This document shows positions 47,369 to 56,866 of a DNA stretch of 64,000 bases, in pieces (the first letter of the stretch is position 1; the number at the start of each line of letters is the position of its first letter). The notes beneath the pieces were generated by a model, which was given only the letters and a program-made list of their open reading frames with translations, ran no database searches and was not told the DNA's origin. The position numbers and the translations under genes are program-made. Origin of the DNA: Rhodospirillales bacterium. Its GTDB lineage: Bacteria; Pseudomonadota; Alphaproteobacteria; Rhodospirillales; Shumkoniaceae. The DNA is taken from contig JACZKS010000147.1 in the NCBI GenBank assembly GCA_014859895.1, positions 68,642 to 132,641 of the forward strand. Direction: 5' to 3'.

Positions 47369-48147
47369 CTGGGCTGGCTTGGTTCCCGATGTATCCCCGG
47401 AACTGGCTGGTCGACACCCGCGTCCTTTCCGACCGGGCGCGCGGATTTTATGCGGACATCCTTTGCGCCATCTATGCCCGCGGCGGCCCCCTCCCGTTCA
47501 ACGGGCAAGAGGATGAGGACGAGTTGAGGAAACTCGGCGGCTATAAGCAGGTGCGGACCATGCGCGCTGTTCTGGATGAACTGCTTTCCAAGGAAAAACT
47601 CCATCTGATCAACGGCCATCTCGTGAACAATCGGGCGATGGAAGAACTGGCGATCGCCGCTAGGCACAGGGCCAATGGCGCGAAGGGCGGAAGGCCCCCG
47701 AAAGCGAATGGCGGATTTATTCCGAATAAATTGGATGTCTCGGGGGTTGGAATTGTGGAAAAACAATGGCCTAACCAAAACCCTACACAATCACATACAG
47801 TCTCTAAAGAGACTGCGCCCGGCGCCTATTCCGATGAGGAAAAGATCGAGGCCGACAGTCTCCGCGTCGTCATCTTTTCGACGTGCCGGAAGATCCTGAC
47901 TGAGCGGTACGCGATGGACGACGGAAAAGCCCGCCGCATTCTCGGCGGCCTCCGCAAAGATCATGCGGACGGTGAAATCGTCGACGCCTTCACCCGCTTG
48001 CAGGCCAAGCCCGACATTCAGGATCCAATTCCCTGGCTGAAGGCAGTCTTGAAGGCCGCGAAGCCCAACGGAACCGCCCGCCCGACGGCGCCGGCCATCG
48101 GTACGCCGGAAGCGGAACAGCGGGCTCGGGAGTGGGGGTACCGATGA
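47365..48147 (+). CDS. YdaU/DUF1376 family phage replication initiator
   Basis: WFPMYPRNWLVDTRVLS..ARGFY.DIL..., then NGAKGGRP. Confidence 0.85.
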   Translation: MTGLAWFPMYPRNWLVDTRVLSDRARGFYADILCAIYARGGPLPFNGQEDEDELRKLGGYKQVRTMRAVLDELLSKEKLHLINGHLVNNRAMEELAIAARHRANGAKGGRPPKANGGFIPNKLDVSGVGIVEKQWPNQNPTQSHTVSKETAPGAYSDEEKIEADSLRVVIFSTCRKILTERYAMDDGKARRILGGLRKDHADGEIVDAFTRLQAKPDIQDPIPWLKAVLKAAKPNGTARPTAPAIGTPEAEQRAREWGYR

Positions 48148-49436
48148 ACGACGATACCCACATCCTTGAGCCAATAGCGAAGCTGGTCAACGTCCAGGCC
48201 GAACAGATCGTCATCGGCGGGGTGATGCTGTACCCCCGCGTCTCGAAGCGGTTCACCTATCTCCGTTCCGACGATTTCGCGTTCGCGGGGCATGATCGCA
48301 TCTGGCGGGAAATCGACGCTCTGCGCCGGCAGGGGCAGGAGGCGTCACCAATCAGCCTGGCCCAACGACTGGTGGACGCCGGGGAGCTCGAGGATGTCGG
48401 CGGCGAAAAGTACATTCGCGAGTTGGCCAGCCAGGTTATCCCGAGCAGCTCGGCAGAGGCGGCGGCCGAACTCGTGCGCGATCTTTCCAACCGGCGCCGG
48501 CTGGTGGCCATCGCCGAAGCCGCGGCGCGTGACGCTGGCAATTTCGACCGCAGCGGGGATGAGCTCGTGGCCGCCTTGGTTCGCGATCTCCAGCGGCTCG
48601 CCGGCGACGGCGTGCGGCAGGGGCAATCGAAACGCGAAGTCGCCGAAGCCATCGTCGCCGGCCTCGGGAAAGCGCTGCCGTGTTACTCGACGGGAATTCC
48701 CAGCCTCGATGAAGCGATGGGAGGCGGCCTGTTCGCCGGGAAGCTCTACGGCGTCGCTGCCCGGAAGAAGGTTGGCAAGACGATCCTTCTGGGGAGCATT
48801 TCGCACAACCTCAACGCTGCCGGCGTGCGGCATGCCTTCATCGCCCTGGAAATGTCACCTGCCGAAATCGAGCAACGCAATGCGGCGCGGGCCGGCGGCT
48901 TCAACTCGATCCGCTTTCTCACGCGCGACGATCCGCACCTTGCCGAGCGCGTTGCCCAGTACGCCGTGACCACACCCGACGCGACGATCTACGAAGGCGC
49001 GCCCGGCGCCAGCTTCGAACAGATCCGCGCCATGGTTGCGCGCCACATCGCGGCCCGAGGCATCAAGGGCGTGGTGCTCGACTATTGGCAGCTGGTCGGC
49101 GGGAAGTCGCCGCGGGATTCCGAAGAATGGCACCTCCGTGAAGTTGCCCAATGGATGGCCGATACCGCGCGCCGCGAGGGCGTGTTCTTCTTGACGGCCG
49201 CGCAGGTTAACCAGACGGGGAACACCCGCGGCGGCGAAGGCCTGAAGCTCGCGTGTGACCAGTATTTCACGCTGCACCGCGAGAAGGAGGACAAGGGTGC
49301 ATGGCTCGAAATGGAGGAGAGCCGGCATACCATGTATCAGAACGTGGGGAACGCCGCGGCACCCGGCCTCTGGCTTGACCCTCACGGCCCGCACTTCCGG
49401 GATCCGGATCGAGCAAAAGCCGGAAGAGCGGCATAG
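48144..49436 (+). CDS. DnaB-like replicative helicase
   Basis: AEQIVIGGVM N-domain, ARKKVGKT Walker A, LEMS, VVLDYWQL Walker B and AAQVN; ATGA-coupled to DUF1376. Confidence 0.9.
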   Translation: MNDDTHILEPIAKLVNVQAEQIVIGGVMLYPRVSKRFTYLRSDDFAFAGHDRIWREIDALRRQGQEASPISLAQRLVDAGELEDVGGEKYIRELASQVIPSSSAEAAAELVRDLSNRRRLVAIAEAAARDAGNFDRSGDELVAALVRDLQRLAGDGVRQGQSKREVAEAIVAGLGKALPCYSTGIPSLDEAMGGGLFAGKLYGVAARKKVGKTILLGSISHNLNAAGVRHAFIALEMSPAEIEQRNAARAGGFNSIRFLTRDDPHLAERVAQYAVTTPDATIYEGAPGASFEQIRAMVARHIAARGIKGVVLDYWQLVGGKSPRDSEEWHLREVAQWMADTARREGVFFLTAAQVNQTGNTRGGEGLKLACDQYFTLHREKEDKGAWLEMEESRHTMYQNVGNAAAPGLWLDPHGPHFRDPDRAKAGRAA

Positions 49437-49437
49437 C

Positions 49438-49974
49438 ATGAAAGCCCTGGCCCTCGATATCAGCAGCAAGACGGGTTGGGCGTCTAGCGAGGGTCGGTCC
49501 GGCGTTCTGGACCTGTCCGGCCATCTTGATGACTTTGGTAAGCTGGGCTTCAATTTCCGCATGGACCTGGTCGACCTCTTCCGAGATACGACGCCCGACG
49601 TCGTTGTGATCGAAAGGCCCTTTGCGGCCGGAAAATCCGACCTCGCCAGACTGCCGGCCCATCTTGTATTCGTCGCGCATGAAACCGCCTTCGGCTGGAG
49701 AATTGCCCGCGCGGAAGTAACACCGGGGCAATGGAGAAAGGCAATTCTCGGCAATGGCGGGATGAAGCGCACCGAAGCGAAGAAGGCCGCCCTGGCATGG
49801 TGCCGCAGTCGGGGCTTATCCCCGCGTGACGACAACGAGGCCGACGCCCTGGCAATCCTGGCGTGGTGGGAACGGTTCGGCTGCGGACCGATCACGGGCC
49901 CAAGACGTGCGGAACGGGACGCCCTGGATACCGGAACAGCGGCCCGGCGCGGCGTAGATCTCGGCGCCGCATAG
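49438..49974 (+). CDS. RuvC-like Holliday junction resolvase (phage type)
   Basis: LALDISSKTGWA, VVIERPF and DDNEADALAIL acidic catalytic motifs. Confidence 0.85.
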   Translation: MKALALDISSKTGWASSEGRSGVLDLSGHLDDFGKLGFNFRMDLVDLFRDTTPDVVVIERPFAAGKSDLARLPAHLVFVAHETAFGWRIARAEVTPGQWRKAILGNGGMKRTEAKKAALAWCRSRGLSPRDDNEADALAILAWWERFGCGPITGPRRAERDALDTGTAARRGVDLGAA

Positions 49975-50159
49975 GGGTGTTCGGCGGGGGCACCGTCGCC
50001 GGGCGCAATCAGGTTCATCCTGGTTTAGTACGGTGGTGGGTCGCGCGCACCAAGATTGGCGGATTTCTGAGGAATATGATCTCCGGCGCGGACCAATCAG
50101 GTTCATAAGGGTTTAGTCTCGCGCATAGGGTTTTCCTTCATATTGCTTTAGTTTCGCGG

Positions 50160-50429
50160 ATGCGCTTCCACTTCAAAAAACTTCAATCCCGAACGGATTT
50201 GAAAGAACCCGCCACGGGCCGATACGAGGCTATCGAAATTGGTTGCCGTTGCGAAGAAATCCTGGAGAATTTGGACGAGGTAAGTGTTCGGATGTGGATC
50301 GCCTACCACGACGTCGACGGCGCGGAAATAAGGGGCGATGACCGTAAGGCCGTGGCACGCCTGCAACGAGGGAGTGAGAAACTCGAGAAGCTTGCCGGAG
50401 GATTTCCCGGCGCAGTTCGCGATATCTGA
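50160..50429 (+). CDS. Hypothetical protein
   Basis: 89-aa charged ORF with no recognised motif. Confidence 0.4.
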   Translation: MRFHFKKLQSRTDLKEPATGRYEAIEIGCRCEEILENLDEVSVRMWIAYHDVDGAEIRGDDRKAVARLQRGSEKLEKLAGGFPGAVRDI

Positions 50430-50444
50430 CCGAGGGGTTACAAT

Positions 50445-50777
50445 ATGCGGACGGTTCGTGAAGGTCATTCAAACGGCGGCACCTACATTCGCGCTTGGCA
50501 TGCCCTCGTCGCCCTGTTCATCCTGGCGCTAGTTGCTTCAGGTTATGTCCAGTTTGCCACTCGCGGCCTCATCTTGGGACCTCGTTCGTGGCCTGTCAGT
50601 TTAAGTTTGATCGCTGGTGGAGCCTTAGCCCTTATCGCGCTGCCGGCACTCGTAGTCATCCCTTGGCGATTGATCCAAAGGCGCTTGGGGACGATAACGG
50701 ATACGCCTGTTGTGGTTGGCGTCATCGTTTTCATCCTGTGCGCGATTTTCCTGCTCAAGGGGGCAACGATGGGCTGA
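50445..50777 (+). CDS. Small membrane protein (3 predicted TM segments)
   Basis: Three hydrophobic stretches. Confidence 0.55.
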   Translation: MRTVREGHSNGGTYIRAWHALVALFILALVASGYVQFATRGLILGPRSWPVSLSLIAGGALALIALPALVVIPWRLIQRRLGTITDTPVVVGVIVFILCAIFLLKGATMG

Positions 50778-51216
50778 CCAGGGCGACCGCAGCCGAAACC
50801 GAAGGTGAACCGGTAGGCGTTGTCGTCGGCCATGCTTTCTGCTTGCTGATCCGAAGAAGCAGGACCCAGCCACTTTTCGACTACACGAAATCCACGCCGC
50901 GGCGACAATGCCGTTCTGACGGCAAACGCGACGGGCACACGAGAGGAAGGCAGATCGGGCCTCGGTGTGAAGGGTTTACTACCTTCGTACGTTCATCTCC
51001 CCGAAAATTAGCCTCTGCTGGCCCTGCCCGCCGTTCCCTTCCCCAACTCTCCCAGGCACCAGCTTCCGGCTCGATCGCCAATGGCGTGGTCGTGTTGACG
51101 AGGCGCGGACCGACCCCGTGGATGTTTCGGCCTTGTGGGCCGAAGATCCCGGAGATGCGTTCTCGGAAATTTGTGCCGTCAGCCCCGCTATCGATCATTC
51201 AGGGTTCGGTGTCCGA

Positions 51217-51852
51217 TCATTGTTGGCGCCAGGCCGCCGAAATCGCCTTTGCTTCTTGCAGTTGCGCCGGGTTCAAGGCAGGTCCAATTTCGGCTCTCAG
51301 CCGTGTCGCGGAATCCAGTCCGGCATAGCTTGCGGAATCAGCCCATCCATAAGCACGGGTCTTGTCGCGGCTTAGCCCGATGCCCTTCCAATAGAGGTAC
51401 GAAAGAAGGGCCTGGGCTGGTGGGCAGCCCTGCAGCGCGGATCGACGAACATACTCGGCGCCCAACGCGCTTTCGTGCGTCCGCAACAAGATCTCGCCGC
51501 CCCATGCAAACTGCGCCAGCGGAACGCCTTTCGCAGCATATTCCGAGAGCACCGCGCTCCGCTCGCCGGCGGGCAATGTTGAGCCGGGGTTGTACACCTT
51601 GTCGATGGCGTTCTGAGCCATCCCCACCTCGACGAGCTCAGGCGTAGGCAAGTCTTTGAACGGCCGGTCCGAGTAGCGCCTGTAGATCACACTGCTGAAA
51701 TGGCCTTCTTTCTCTGCCGCTGCCGCCTCCATCGATCTGTTGAGATCATCTACGAAAAGGCGAAGGTCGGTATGGCGGATTGCGCTTTGGGACGCCGTTT
51801 CACATCCGCCAACTGCCAGGAGACTGAGGAATAGAATGAGGTAACGTTTCAT
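51217..51852 (-). CDS. Sel1-repeat lipoprotein
   Basis: MKRYLILFLSLLAVGGC lipobox; SALQG.PPAQALLSYLYWKGIGLSRDKTRAYGW Sel1 repeat. Confidence 0.8.
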   Translation of the reverse strand: MKRYLILFLSLLAVGGCETASQSAIRHTDLRLFVDDLNRSMEAAAAEKEGHFSSVIYRRYSDRPFKDLPTPELVEVGMAQNAIDKVYNPGSTLPAGERSAVLSEYAAKGVPLAQFAWGGEILLRTHESALGAEYVRRSALQGCPPAQALLSYLYWKGIGLSRDKTRAYGWADSASYAGLDSATRLRAEIGPALNPAQLQEAKAISAAWRQQ

Positions 51853-52236
51853 AGCGCCGACCTTCCAATCTGCGTCCACGAACCGGCTTCCACTGCCTCG
51901 CGTGCGCGTGCACGCGCGAGGGCTACGTACAAAGAACACGGGTCCCGGCACCTGGTCGACCCGCCTACGTCAGGCCGTTGTTAGGGAGAACGCTAAGCTC
52001 TGAAGTGTCGATCCGCTCGCCTAATCCCTCGGGAGGTGCCGTCACGGACGCATATGCCTCGTTGAGGGTCATGACGCGCATAGGGCGTCTTCCACCGGGA
52101 AATTCTACGGCGGCACGTGCCCAAAAAAAAGCCCTAGCCGAAAACGATATTGGAAGGGGGCATAACCCCCTCACTGGTTCGAGGAGACAACGAACCGTGA
52201 TAGCCTCTCAGGGTATCAGTAGCGGGAGACACGATC

Positions 52237-52728
52237 ATGGAGGCAAAGCCCTACAAGGTGATGAGCTACCGATTTTCGGTTGAGTTGAAGATCCCGGCGC
52301 ATGTCCAATTTCCCACAGACAAGATGATCGGAAACCTGCTCGCGGCCATCGATGCATATGACGATCGGAATCGCTTTTTCGGGGGGCGACGATTGGAGGA
52401 CGGCCAATCCTGTATCATCGAAAAAGGCGTTGGGCTGGATGGGATAGGGGTTACGGACGAGCAGTGGCCGCGTCTCGACGAGGAACCCGAAGAACGCCCC
52501 TTTGAGATGGAATCGGAAAAAGACCTGGACGAGGCCATCGACGTTAGCTGTCGGAGCGACGATTTTCAGGAACTGCTCGAGGAAACGCGGGCGAATATGT
52601 GGGATGCCTATTACGACGTGCGCCGGGCCGAAACCAGGAACCAGCTTCGCGGGGCCTTAACGCGTCTACGGCGCAGGCGGAGCGAATTGACAAAACTGAT
52701 CGGCGGCATCCCGGGTAGGCCCGGTTGA
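52237..52728 (+). CDS. Hypothetical acidic protein
   Basis: 163-aa ORF preceded by a GGGAG RBS. Confidence 0.55.
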   Translation: MEAKPYKVMSYRFSVELKIPAHVQFPTDKMIGNLLAAIDAYDDRNRFFGGRRLEDGQSCIIEKGVGLDGIGVTDEQWPRLDEEPEERPFEMESEKDLDEAIDVSCRSDDFQELLEETRANMWDAYYDVRRAETRNQLRGALTRLRRRRSELTKLIGGIPGRPG

Positions 52729-52729
52729 T

Positions 52730-52753
52730 AAAAGGCCCCGCGCGAGGCGGGGC
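52730..52753 (-). terminator. Rho-independent terminator for the Tat-signal gene
   Basis: GCCCCGC-GCGAG-GCGGGGC hairpin with an A-run on its left (U-tract on the minus strand). Confidence 0.65.
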
Positions 52754-52786
52754 AGGAAGAAAAGATTTTGTCGTTAACCTTTGCGG

Positions 52787-53500
52787 TCAGGCGGCCGCGG
52801 CGTCTGACGGATACGGCGTGCGGGCCATCCTTTCGCAGTCTATCAGTGCGGACATTAGCGCCGCATCGTCCATGCTCTTGCACTCGCCCTTCAGGTAGCT
52901 GGCGCGCTGTTCAGGCTCAAAGAGGGTGTTCGTCCCGAGCCGCAGTTTGACCGCGAATCCGGCGGGACCGGCAGCCGGCGTAGCGATGATCTTTCGCAAG
53001 ATCTCCTCAGCCCGGTTTCCGAGGGCGTCGATCCTGCGGGCGAGCTCCACGGCGCGGGGATGCTTTTTGGCGGCGACGCATTCGGCTTCGTATTTGTCGA
53101 ACGCAACCAAGGTCTCTTGGTGTCTGGCCGCGATTTCCTCGGGCGCCCCGGCCCGCCATAGCGTCGGGGCCGTGCCGGTGAAGAACCGGTCGATATCGTG
53201 GCGCGTCGTGAAAGGAGCCCTGGGATCGTCGGGCAAAACCTCCCATCCGGGCTCATAAAAATAGCCCGGCCAGTAAAGGATGTCGGGCCGCTTTGGCATC
53301 GTGATGGCGTCATACTCGTTTTGCACGGTGCACGTTTCTCCCGTCGTGTCCCAATACTCTCGTTCCAGGGCGATCAGCGTGGCGTCCGAGTTCGGCGCGG
53401 CCGCCGCCGGGAATAACGCGCCAGCCGTGACGGCTGCGGCAGCGCTGGCCGCCAGCATGCCGGAGTATTTGAGCGCATCACGACGTGAAATCTTAGACAT
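52787..53500 (-). CDS. Hypothetical protein with twin-arginine-like N-terminus
   Basis: MSKISRRDALK...AAAA; helical body (DATLIALEREY, ATPAAGPAGFAVKLR); AGGAG RBS. Confidence 0.75.
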   Translation of the reverse strand: MSKISRRDALKYSGMLAASAAAAVTAGALFPAAAAPNSDATLIALEREYWDTTGETCTVQNEYDAITMPKRPDILYWPGYFYEPGWEVLPDDPRAPFTTRHDIDRFFTGTAPTLWRAGAPEEIAARHQETLVAFDKYEAECVAAKKHPRAVELARRIDALGNRAEEILRKIIATPAAGPAGFAVKLRLGTNTLFEPEQRASYLKGECKSMDDAALMSALIDCERMARTPYPSDAAAA

Positions 53501-53522
53501 GGAGCTTCTCCTTGCTAGGCTG

Positions 53523-53575
53523 TGATACCTGAAGTATCATATATTCTCAGATCAATTGCAATACCTGAGGTATCA
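53523..53575. promoter_or_regulatory. Two 17-bp palindromic operators (53523-53539, 53559-53575)
   Basis: TGATACCTGAAGTATCA and CAATACCTGAGGTATCA between the divergent Tat-signal and XRE genes. Confidence 0.75.
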
Positions 53576-53577
53576 TT

Positions 53578-53814
53578 TTGATCACAAGCGAACAGGTCAG
53601 GGCCGCCCGGATGCTCCTGCGGTGGGAGCAGAAGGACTTGGCCGGCAAGGCAGGAGTGTCCCTGCCGACGATCAAGAGGCTGGAAACGCAGCCCGGCGAA
53701 TTGCGGGCGCATAGTTCGACGCTCAGCGCCATCACCAGGGCGATCGAAGCCGCCGGCGTCATATTCATCCCCGAAAATGGCGGCGGCCCGGGAGTCAGGT
53801 TGAAAAAGGCCTAA
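53578..53814 (+). CDS. XRE-family HTH transcriptional regulator
   Basis: QVRAARMLLRWEQKDLAGKAGVSLPTIKRLE...EAAGVIFI...GGGPGVRL. Confidence 0.92.
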   Translation: MITSEQVRAARMLLRWEQKDLAGKAGVSLPTIKRLETQPGELRAHSSTLSAITRAIEAAGVIFIPENGGGPGVRLKKA

Positions 53815-53884
53815 ATCCAGGTAGAACCCGGACCCGTTGCGCGGTACTCTTTCTGCGTGCGCTGCCGCGTGGAAAGGGGGATCC

Positions 53885-54811
53885 GTGGTGGACGCCTGGG
53901 GTCTTCGATTCTTCCTGCTCGATGAAAACGACGGGCTTTGGCGCGTGTCGCAGCGCGTCGCTCAAGAGCTGATCACTGGCCGAACTCGCCTCCCCCAATT
54001 TGCGAGCAAACGCGTCCGCGCGGTTGACGCGTATGTCACTCTCGACGCGCGCAAGCCAGTGAGGTTGGAATCGGCTCGCGGGTCATACTGGAATTTCGAC
54101 AAGTCCGGGAGGTGGTTTTTGCCCAGGAGCGCCCGTGGGTTGATCATGGATACGATCGACTTCGCGCCGCCAAAGGAAGGCAACGTCGTCCCGTTGAGCG
54201 AATTCAGCAAGCGGCTGCTCAAATCACGGGAGCGCTGGAAGCTTTCCCCCCACGAAATCACACTGATCGTTCACGCCATCTGGCCAGAGCAGGCTGGGCG
54301 GCCGACCAAGCTACCCCCGTTCATTCAAGGTAACCGAGAGAGGAAGCCGCCGATGACCTACGAAGCCAAGAACGCGCGGAGCGAGTTGTCGGATCACGTC
54401 TTCAAGGCGAGCCTGATTATCGACCGCCTATCTCCGCCATCTCTCAAGGCCTTGGTCGCGGATCTCGACGACCAAGAGCCTGACGACATGCTCGAGCTAT
54501 GGCGGGGCATCGCGGATGCCTGCCGCCGGAAATTGGCGATCGAGCAGGCACGGCGGCGGGACAAAGGGGAATGGCGCGCCGAGGTCGAGGTTATCAGGTG
54601 GGAGGACGGCCGTCACGGGAGGGTAGGCCAGTCGGTCTTCAGCGAGAGCGTCCAGACGACTAGCCGAAAGGCAGCCGTCAAGGCGGGCCGCGAGCTGTTG
54701 AAGAAGCACGCCGACCATTTCGACACAGACTGCACGGTCGAGGTCAACCTCCTCACCGGAATTGAATGGGAGAGGCGCGGCGCGCCGGATAGTACCAGTG
54801 AGACGGAATAG
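53885..54811 (+). CDS. Hypothetical multi-domain protein
   Basis: Long ORF; GTG start re-called after GGGGG; no recognised motif. Confidence 0.6.
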   Translation: MVDAWGLRFFLLDENDGLWRVSQRVAQELITGRTRLPQFASKRVRAVDAYVTLDARKPVRLESARGSYWNFDKSGRWFLPRSARGLIMDTIDFAPPKEGNVVPLSEFSKRLLKSRERWKLSPHEITLIVHAIWPEQAGRPTKLPPFIQGNRERKPPMTYEAKNARSELSDHVFKASLIIDRLSPPSLKALVADLDDQEPDDMLELWRGIADACRRKLAIEQARRRDKGEWRAEVEVIRWEDGRHGRVGQSVFSESVQTTSRKAAVKAGRELLKKHADHFDTDCTVEVNLLTGIEWERRGAPDSTSETE

Positions 54812-54942
54812 TGGCGTAGTGGGGCCGCGCACAGGGCTGTTACCCCCGTCAACGTTCAATCATGGTTATATAATCCGCCTCGACTTTCGCCCTCGAACAG
54901 CGCAATAATTTCCTAAACTAAAAATCGTAATGGGGGGATGTC

Positions 54943-55182
54943 ATGAGACGGATGCGGGTAGTGCTGGCCGTTTTCGTGCTGCTGGGCGCCTTTGTTCCAT
55001 CTGCATCGTCCATCCAAACGCCGCTGCCGCAATCGATTTGCGAACAGATCATTCGGAGCGGTGCGCCGGTAGACGAGATTGCGAAAAGCGGTTGTTGCTC
55101 GTGGCACGGCGGCGTCTGCGGATGCAGGGGCGGGCGGGCAGTCTGTTGCGACGGTGCACTCAGCCCATCGTGCGGCTGCTGA
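54943..55182 (+). CDS. Small secreted Cys-rich protein (GCCSWHGGVCGC type)
   Basis: Signal peptide; KSGCCSWHGGVCGCRGGRAVCCDGALSPSCGC. Confidence 0.8.
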   Translation: MRRMRVVLAVFVLLGAFVPSASSIQTPLPQSICEQIIRSGAPVDEIAKSGCCSWHGGVCGCRGGRAVCCDGALSPSCGC

Positions 55183-55230
55183 GTACAGACCCTAGTTTCC
55201 GATTGTGGGTCACTTTTTGGGGGGGAGAAA

Positions 55231-55548
55231 ATGCGGCTGTTCCTTGCCGCCTTGTGCGGATTGATGCTGGCATCACTCATCAGCGTCAGCCCGGCAACGG
55301 CTCAATCTCGCAATTTGCTCGAAACCACCGAACAGGCACGGCAGCGCCATTCAGCCGAGCGATGGAACCAGTATGAACAGCGCGGCTACCGGGCGCCGCT
55401 TGGGGGTTACCAAGAGCGGCTCGGCGATCCGGCCCCCCGTGGGACCGAACGGCCTGGCTACACGTCACCTCAGCCCTATGGATCTGGAAACAGCAGTCCG
55501 GGGTGGGGTAGCAGCCAGTCACAGGATCGACACTGGGGCACCAGATAG
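55231..55548 (+). CDS. Small secreted protein, Q/G/S/R-rich
   Basis: Signal peptide ending in ATA-Q; GGAGA RBS. Confidence 0.65.
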   Translation: MRLFLAALCGLMLASLISVSPATAQSRNLLETTEQARQRHSAERWNQYEQRGYRAPLGGYQERLGDPAPRGTERPGYTSPQPYGSGNSSPGWGSSQSQDRHWGTR

Positions 55549-55612
55549 CCGCCTTCGGGTCGCGCGCGACGCCTGTACGCGCGGAAGCCTGTTCCAGGGT
55601 GTCGGAGTAGCC

Positions 55613-56302
55613 ATGAGCACCACAACTGCCCAGCGCCTTCTTTTCTGGTCCTTCGTTGCGGCGTGCCTTTGGCCATCATTGTTGCTGGCGCACGGCGGCG
55701 GCCTCGACGCGATGGGCTGCCATCACAACAGGAAGGCTGGCGGCTACCACTGCCACCGCGGCCCGCTGGCCGGTCAGTCGTTCGCGTCCAAGGAAGACGC
55801 CGCCCGTGCCCTGCAGCGAGCCAGCCAGCCGCAACCGTCGGCGCGCTCATCCACACCCCCGCCCCCGGCCGCCACGCCGGCGCCTGCCGTGCTTTCCGGC
55901 GTCGCCTCAGTGATAGACGGCGACACGCTGGAAATCCACGGCCAGCGGATCCGGCTTCACGGCATCGACGCGCCCGAGTCCGCCCAGTTGTGCAAAGACA
56001 CGCGCGGGAAGGATTACCGCTGCGGCCAGCAGGCCGCTCTTGCGCTCGCCGATCGCATCGGCCGCCGGCCGATCGAGTGCGAAAAGCGCGACGTCGACCA
56101 TTACAAGCGGATTGTCGCCGTCTGTCGGCTGGGTTCCGAGGTCCTGAACGCCTGGCTCGTTTCCGAGGGGTGGGCAATGGCCTATCGGCATTACAGTCGT
56201 GAATATGTGCCGCAAGAGACCCAAGCGCGGAAGGTAGGTCGCGGCATTTGGCGAGGGGAGTTTGCACCGCCGTGGGATTGGCGCAATAGAGCCGGCCGTT
56301 GA
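55613..56302 (+). CDS. Secreted thermonuclease (SNase-like) with N-terminal YHYH-like His/Cys domain
   Basis: AHGGGLD..GCHHNRK.GGYHCH, Pro-rich linker, VIDGDTL...RIRLHGIDAPE, DHYKRIVA and GIWRGEF..PWDWR. Confidence 0.9.
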   Translation: MSTTTAQRLLFWSFVAACLWPSLLLAHGGGLDAMGCHHNRKAGGYHCHRGPLAGQSFASKEDAARALQRASQPQPSARSSTPPPPAATPAPAVLSGVASVIDGDTLEIHGQRIRLHGIDAPESAQLCKDTRGKDYRCGQQAALALADRIGRRPIECEKRDVDHYKRIVAVCRLGSEVLNAWLVSEGWAMAYRHYSREYVPQETQARKVGRGIWRGEFAPPWDWRNRAGR

Positions 56303-56389
56303 TTTCCCGAACCCGTTTGGCGCGCCTCTACACAATGAAGGTCGCGCTCCGGGGGGGTGCGATATAGTGAAAATACGCAGTTGACTTAA

Positions 56390-56866
56390 ATGGCAACAGC
56401 CTTACATATTGCGAACCTAGGTGGCCTGATCCGATGGGAACTCGATCCCGTCGACAGGCGACAGGTGGAACGATTGCTGTTTCTTACGCCCGAAATGGAA
56501 CGTTGGATGCGCGACGTCCTACCACTCGAACCTGCTGACCGCGGTCGCGACATATCTCCTATCGAACAGGTCGTGTCTGTATTCGACCAGATAGCCGGCG
56601 ATCCGGCTTTTCGCGGAGTTGGCGATTTCGTCCGGCTGCATCCACAGTATCAGGGCGTCTACGAAGTGAAGGTGACAGACGTCAGGGTCTTCGGGTGGTT
56701 CCCGGCATGCAGGAACTTCATTGCCTGTTCCGGCGAAATGAAGAGGCGAACAAAAGGGAACTTTCGGCTCGTGAGGGAACACGTACGAGCAGCTATCCGT
56801 TGCCGTGAACGTCTGCACTTGGACGAACCGAAATTTGTGATGGGGGCACTACATGAGATCCTATAG
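56390..56866 (+). CDS. Putative RelE/HigB-fold toxin
   Basis: VRLHPQYQGVYEVKVTDVRVFGWF resembles the RelE beta core; overlaps the HTH gene. Confidence 0.6.
   Translation: MATALHIANLGGLIRWELDPVDRRQVERLLFLTPEMERWMRDVLPLEPADRGRDISPIEQVVSVFDQIAGDPAFRGVGDFVRLHPQYQGVYEVKVTDVRVFGWFPACRNFIACSGEMKRRTKGNFRLVREHVRAAIRCRERLHLDEPKFVMGALHEIL

Noticed and set aside
50881-51198. 105-aa minus-strand ORF after the Sel1 gene
   Set aside because: No motif, no clear RBS and atypical composition.
51965-52174. MTLNEA...PPEG resembling a phage portal C-terminal motif
   Set aside because: Too short and no other portal sequence; not supportable without a profile search.
54809-54826. TAGTGGCGTAGTGGGGCC as an internal degenerate att
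   Set aside because: Only 13/16 match, with mismatches in the core, in GC-rich DNA; chance is likely. Kept only as a site to test.
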